A stretch of DNA of 64,000 nucleotides from Epithemia pelagica (taxonomy: Eukaryota > Protista > Bacillariophyta). The notes under the pieces were generated by a model. It saw only the letters and a list, made by a program, of their open reading frames with translations. It was not told where the DNA came from and made no database searches. Shown one piece after another: positions 59,113 to 64,000 of the stretch. Position 1 is the first letter of the stretch. Each line of letters opens with the position of its first letter. The translations under genes were made by a program, and so were the position numbers. The stretch lies in contig OX337238.1 of assembly GCA_946965045.2 (NCBI GenBank), positions 558,001 to 622,000 of the forward strand, given 5' to 3'.

Positions 59113-62100
59113 TCATTTATGATAGATGATGCCACTTTGTCGCGTCCCAGAGATGTTGGCTTCCGGGTATCCCGTGAGTTTGTGGTACATTCGCCAAACA
59201 GTCTTTTGGTTTTCTTGTCGAACTTTCATTATTTCCTCCGCCGACTTGCGACGTGCCGTTGCCAGAGCAGCTTCCAACTCAGCAGAACTTGCTTCGCGTG
59301 CCGACTGCAAAATGTCCAAAGTTACTTCCATAATTTCTGTGCGTTCTCGTTCAAGCATCTGACATCGACTGTATAGTTGATCAACGACCATTGTTAGGTC
59401 CCCCGTTGATGGGTTTTTGACTGATAGAGGAGGCGACGTAATTGGCAGAGGTGGATTTTCATCTAGGTCATCGTCTTCATCGCATCGTGCCGGGGATGTG
59501 AGCTCCAATCTGACAGGAACGTCAATGTGACAAGGAGGTTGAGACGCAACTGGTGTTTCACTGTTATCAATCATCTCTGAGATAGTTTCCAGCATTTCCA
59601 TCACTGACGTCTCTCGTTCGGTATCATTCTGATCCTGTATTAACGCGGTGAGGTTTTGTGCGAGCGCTAGCGCTTCGTCGAGCATTGGAGATGATCCAGC
59701 GGCGTCCACAGGAGCCACGGAATGATGATTTCCAAAATCGAAAACTTTGGCAGTTCCATTGGTTTCCAAAGCAGCTTCCATGCGTTCCTCTGCTTCTCGT
59801 AATGTATCTTCAAGTCCAGTTTTCTCTGCCTGTAGTCTCATCAGCTCTTCTCCATAAGAATCCGCTTGATCGTTCAAAGTCACAATTTCTTGTTCGGCTT
59901 TTTCTCTCATCTTCCTCTCAAACGCAAGTTGCTCCGCGTGATCCTCCAGCGACAAAACGATTTGTTCTGCTTTTCTCCGTTCCTCTTTTTCTACATCCAA
60001 CTGCTCCGTCTTCAGAACCAGCATTTTCTCTGCGTCCTCCTTGAGAGTCCTCTCTCGTGCCAATAGGTCCTTGACAGTCAGCAGTTCGGCCATGCATGTT
60101 GCCAAAGCTGGCAAAGGCTCGTTACTGTCACCGGCTAAACCTCTATCAAGCACCTTCGCAAGCATCTCTTCCAATGACCTCATATGGTTCCGAAGACTAT
60201 CATCAGGACCAAGGAGCATATTCGTTCGTTCCACAAGGCTTAGTATGCCGCTGCGACATTCAATCAAGTTTTCTGTTTCCAGTGTTATCTCCGCTAATGT
60301 GTCATGGATATTCGCATGAATCTTGTCAACGCTTTCCACTAGTCCCTGGACATTGGACTCGTTCAATGTACTTCCACCTTTTCCAGTTGCTTCTCGGACG
60401 ACCGCCAGGTCATTTCTTAACTCAAGAACAGCACAAGAGATTTCCTTTTGATGCTTTTCTAGACCTGATGCAATGCGTTCTTGGGCAACAAGCGCACCTT
60501 GTCGATCTGCAGCTAACATCTCGTGAAGTTCTGCATTCTCTTGTTCGAGACGACCGATTTCAGTCTGCCAGTGGCATGTTTTGTTTTCATGCAACGAATT
60601 GACTTGCTCCAAACTTGAGGCCAACATATTCGACTTATCAGATAGGGCGATCGATTCGGTCTGAGCGTCTTCAAGGCTCTTAACAAGAACGGCCAGGTCT
60701 TTATTGTGCTTCTCGGTCATCTCACCTACTTCATGCGTATGTTTCGTCTCGAGATCTAGAATTGTCTTAGCATGTTCATGCTCCACGTCTTGACATTCCT
60801 TTTCAGAGTCGCTCAGTCTTCTGAGAAGCTCCGTAACTTTCTGGGAATGAGTTTTCCTTGCCTCCGTCAATTCTTGAGCAGCAATTCGAGCACGAGCCTC
60901 TGCCTCTGTTTCCTTTTGTCTGAGATTGTTGATTTGTTCCTCTAATGACTCAAATTTGTTATTCCAGTCTTCTTCGCAACGCTGCAAACCCAACACAAGT
61001 TGTGCGCGTTCAATTTCCAGTTCTCTGATTCGAGATTTGAGTTCCGCGTTCTTGTCACTTTCAATTCTCTCTGTAAGCCTACTCGCCTTTCCATAGCGAA
61101 TCTCCAGTTCACCAACTTTGGCATCACTTGATTCGAGTTTATCGATCAGATCCTGTTCTTTTTGTTCCCATAATCTTTCTGATTCTGCCAATTTGTGCTT
61201 GGCATTCTCCATGTCTGATTTATGTGTTGACTGAAGTCGAGATATCTGTTCCTCATACTCGTTGGTCGATTTTGAAATGTTTCTTGCTTTGAGAGTTTCC
61301 AGCTCATTTTCAAACTCTTTCAACTTATTCTTCAACTGCTGGCTCTCAATTTCGCTCCCTGCGGTAGTCTTGGCAAGTTCTGATGCTTCCAGAGCCGCCT
61401 TCAAGTGCTGAATCTTGTCTCGAAGAGAATCAATAACACCTTTCGAAATTTGACTGGTGTGGTCCTCCAGAAGTTTGCTGTGTTTTTCTTTCAAGACTGC
61501 GACTTCCTTTGAGTGCTTCTTCTGCGTTTCGACAAGTTTGTCCGACATGCGGACAGCATCCGCTTGGGCCTCTTCTGCATCCTTCTTCAATTGTGGCACT
61601 TGGTCTGCAATGGCACTGAGCTGCAAAACTTGACTTTGCGCTTCCACAAATTGTTTTGCCATTTCTTCTTCTTTCTGGGAGTGTTGTTCCCTAGCCTCAG
61701 CCAGGATTTCGGAAAGCCGCGACGAATTAGCGAGTGCTGCTTCATGTTCCAGTTCCAACTCGGATATACGTTCGCGGGATTCTCTGTCTTGTTCCTTGGA
61801 CTCTTTCAGTTGAATTTGTGTTTGAGCAAGTTGCTCCTGGACCTGCCGGACTTGCGCCCTTAGCTGATTCGACTGAGTCTTATGTTGTTGCTCTTGCTCC
61901 TGCGTAGCGTTTTGTGCCCACTCTTCTTGCTGATACATGTGTTCTTCGGCCAATTTTGAAAGCTCGGTGCTCCATTGATGCTGCCATTCTTTCTTTTCCT
62001 TGGCATGCATTTTGAGAGTCTCGTCCAACTGTTTTTGGATTTGCTCATGTTCAGCAGCCACGTTTCGGGCGCTCGCCAAGGCGCATTCCAGTTGCAACTT

Positions 62101-63996
62101 CCATGTGGCCTTATCGTTGGCATGCTGTAATTCTGCATGACGCAATCGTGCCTGTAACTCCTTCCGCTGTTCCAATGTTTCGCGATACACAGCTTCTACA
62201 TCTGCAATTGGTTCATCCAAGGCTCTCAACTCTTCTTGATACATCTTCCTCATTTCTTTGGCCCCCTTCCTCTTGGCCTCCTTAACCTTGGCACGCGATG
62301 ATTCGAGTTCACGTTGAAGATGACTATATTCTCCCTGCAATTCATTCAAAAGGGAGAGCGCCTCGTCGCGTTCCTTCCTGGTCTGGTCAAGTCTACCTTT
62401 TAGTTTGTTCGAACCGTCGTGTCCGCCATCCTGATTATCTTTCTCCATGAGGAGCTGGTCTCGTTCCTCCGTTAACCGTCGAGAGTCATCCTTTAGCGCT
62501 GCGAGTTGTCTTTGCCAGGACTGTAAATCCGCCGAATAGCGACTTTCAATAACATCCAGCCGACGCAGCCACTCTCGCTTCTCTTGCGAGAATTCGTGCT
62601 GTGTTTGTTCCAAACGCTGCTGAAGTATAGAGGCTTGGATTGGATTGGACTGGTTCGCCTCATTCGTTGATTCCGCATAATACGTAGGCAGGTCGTTGGG
62701 GGCAGAAGAGGACGAGCCATTGTCTGTCGACGCATGGGTCGTTACGGTAATACTTTCTCCTCCCGTGGTTGTTCCACCTCCACCACTCATGTTGTTGTAC
62801 GAGTCACGTTGGTTCTGCGAATGAGAATGTCGTTGTTCCACCGATGCGCGTTGTTCCAGAAGCTGTAATCGCTCGGACAGATTTTCACGAAGCTCTGCTT
62901 TATAATGCTGTGATTTAGCCTTTGCCTTTTGAAGGTCTCGCTTCAACTGTGATGTTTCCTGTTCTCGCCGGTGCTCAATGTCTTCCATCATAGACAACCA
63001 ACGCTTGCTCTCCTCCGGATTCGTGCAGTGCATTCCATTGGTGGCACATGGTATAGTGGAGGGTGATTGAAGCAAATATTCATAGGCTTTGGAATTGCTA
63101 TCCATGGCTGCTCGTAACATGAGGAGCGATGCGCTCAAACACGCTTCATTTTCTTCTCGTGCAGGAGAAAAAACAGGAACAGACAAGCCTGGAGGTTGTT
63201 GCTTCGATTGGTCGGGTGTTTCAGAGCGCTCTCGTTCAGAAGAGGCTGAAGTGGTGGATGTCTGTGTACGAACCAACTGAGGAACTTGGTCATCAATCGT
63301 ACCATATGTTTCCATGGCTGCTCTCGACGGTGATTCTCCCAAATGGTTCATGTTTCCTGGAGGAGGTGGCGGTGGTGGTGGAGGTGGTGATTGTTCGTGC
63401 AATTTCTTGGAAGATGAAATCGATGACATGTGCACAGCAGATTGGCGAAGTTGCTCCATCATTGGACTAGAACGTGAAGTTGTTGTTGGCGTGTTGTTGA
63501 TACTGTGGTTATTGTTCCCCTGACCGGACCTCATCTTCATCTTGGATGAGGAAGAAGAAGGAGAGGCACGTTGTCGTCGTCTCTGGTCTTTGCTCGCCCA
63601 AGCGGACGTCGTTCCGGGGGATGTGCGCCATGGTTTGGACGAGGACCGTGCTTTGGCAGAAGACGAAGAGGACGAGGAAGATGAGGGAGACCGCTTTTTG
63701 CTGGAACTTGTTCGATTGGAAGCAGCCGGAGTCTTTGGTAAAGTGGAAGGACCGCTATTGGAAGCACGGTGCGATGTTTCGCCGCTGCCAAAGGATCTTG
63801 ACGCCCGTTCTCTTCGTTTGGCCATGGCGGTGGATGAAACACCGGGTGGCGATTGTCGTTGTTGTTGAAAGCCTGAGGAATCCTCTGCACTCTGCCGTCG
63901 ATCACCCAAAGCCCCTGCTGGTGAAGGAGACTGGCGTTGCATTCCCAAATTTTTGGTGGGAGGAGATGGAGTACCAAAGGCAGTGATGTTGGCCAT
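59113..63996 (-). CDS. Giant coiled-coil protein (1627 aa) with disordered Ser-rich N-terminus
   Basis: 4.9-kb ORF with ~1200 aa of heptad repeats. ATG at 63996 is at the window edge, so the 5' end may extend further. Confidence 0.85.
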   Translation of the reverse strand: MANITAFGTPSPPTKNLGMQRQSPSPAGALGDRRQSAEDSSGFQQQRQSPPGVSSTAMAKRRERASRSFGSGETSHRASNSGPSTLPKTPAASNRTSSSKKRSPSSSSSSSSSAKARSSSKPWRTSPGTTSAWASKDQRRRQRASPSSSSSKMKMRSGQGNNNHSINNTPTTTSRSSPMMEQLRQSAVHMSSISSSKKLHEQSPPPPPPPPPPGNMNHLGESPSRAAMETYGTIDDQVPQLVRTQTSTTSASSERERSETPDQSKQQPPGLSVPVFSPAREENEACLSASLLMLRAAMDSNSKAYEYLLQSPSTIPCATNGMHCTNPEESKRWLSMMEDIEHRREQETSQLKRDLQKAKAKSQHYKAELRENLSERLQLLEQRASVEQRHSHSQNQRDSYNNMSGGGGTTTGGESITVTTHASTDNGSSSSAPNDLPTYYAESTNEANQSNPIQASILQQRLEQTQHEFSQEKREWLRRLDVIESRYSADLQSWQRQLAALKDDSRRLTEERDQLLMEKDNQDGGHDGSNKLKGRLDQTRKERDEALSLLNELQGEYSHLQRELESSRAKVKEAKRKGAKEMRKMYQEELRALDEPIADVEAVYRETLEQRKELQARLRHAELQHANDKATWKLQLECALASARNVAAEHEQIQKQLDETLKMHAKEKKEWQHQWSTELSKLAEEHMYQQEEWAQNATQEQEQQHKTQSNQLRAQVRQVQEQLAQTQIQLKESKEQDRESRERISELELEHEAALANSSRLSEILAEAREQHSQKEEEMAKQFVEAQSQVLQLSAIADQVPQLKKDAEEAQADAVRMSDKLVETQKKHSKEVAVLKEKHSKLLEDHTSQISKGVIDSLRDKIQHLKAALEASELAKTTAGSEIESQQLKNKLKEFENELETLKARNISKSTNEYEEQISRLQSTHKSDMENAKHKLAESERLWEQKEQDLIDKLESSDAKVGELEIRYGKASRLTERIESDKNAELKSRIRELEIERAQLVLGLQRCEEDWNNKFESLEEQINNLRQKETEAEARARIAAQELTEARKTHSQKVTELLRRLSDSEKECQDVEHEHAKTILDLETKHTHEVGEMTEKHNKDLAVLVKSLEDAQTESIALSDKSNMLASSLEQVNSLHENKTCHWQTEIGRLEQENAELHEMLAADRQGALVAQERIASGLEKHQKEISCAVLELRNDLAVVREATGKGGSTLNESNVQGLVESVDKIHANIHDTLAEITLETENLIECRSGILSLVERTNMLLGPDDSLRNHMRSLEEMLAKVLDRGLAGDSNEPLPALATCMAELLTVKDLLARERTLKEDAEKMLVLKTEQLDVEKEERRKAEQIVLSLEDHAEQLAFERKMREKAEQEIVTLNDQADSYGEELMRLQAEKTGLEDTLREAEERMEAALETNGTAKVFDFGNHHSVAPVDAAGSSPMLDEALALAQNLTALIQDQNDTERETSVMEMLETISEMIDNSETPVASQPPCHIDVPVRLELTSPARCDEDDDLDENPPLPITSPPLSVKNPSTGDLTMVVDQLYSRCQMLERERTEIMEVTLDILQSAREASSAELEAALATARRKSAEEIMKVRQENQKTVWRMYHKLTGYPEANISGTRQSGIIYHK

Positions 63997-64000
63997 GGTT

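Overview
Eukaryotic, gene-dense window with short GT-AG introns. The gene content points to a diatom, probably a raphid pennate (inferred from DUF6824, TPR and LRR families, a bipartite plastid presequence and CAA-rich low-complexity exons). About 25 genes or gene fragments are supported, and I reconstructed splice models by hand for nine. The most striking locus is a pair of tandem paralogs (10140-15028 and 17794-22450, minus strand). Each appears to fuse a degenerate four-EF-hand calmodulin-like module to a ~9-TM domain resembling STRA6/RBP-receptor. Both share a 12-nt frame-preserving microexon, and only copy 1 has a 16-nt microexon. Other content: a GT18 (GnT-V-like) glycosyltransferase, a candidate beta-barrel protein, a TROVE/Ro60-like vWA protein, a plastid solanesyl-PP synthase, an FMO with a 632-bp hAT element (perfect 16-bp TIR, 8-bp TSD) in its promoter, two J-proteins, an MBOAT, a nucleoredoxin, a ZFC3H1/Red1-type zinc-finger protein, an ABC-F relic, UBE2Q, a chromate transporter and two related coiled-coil genes. 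All family assignments come from motif recognition from memory; no searches were run. No rRNA, tRNA or CRISPR was seen.
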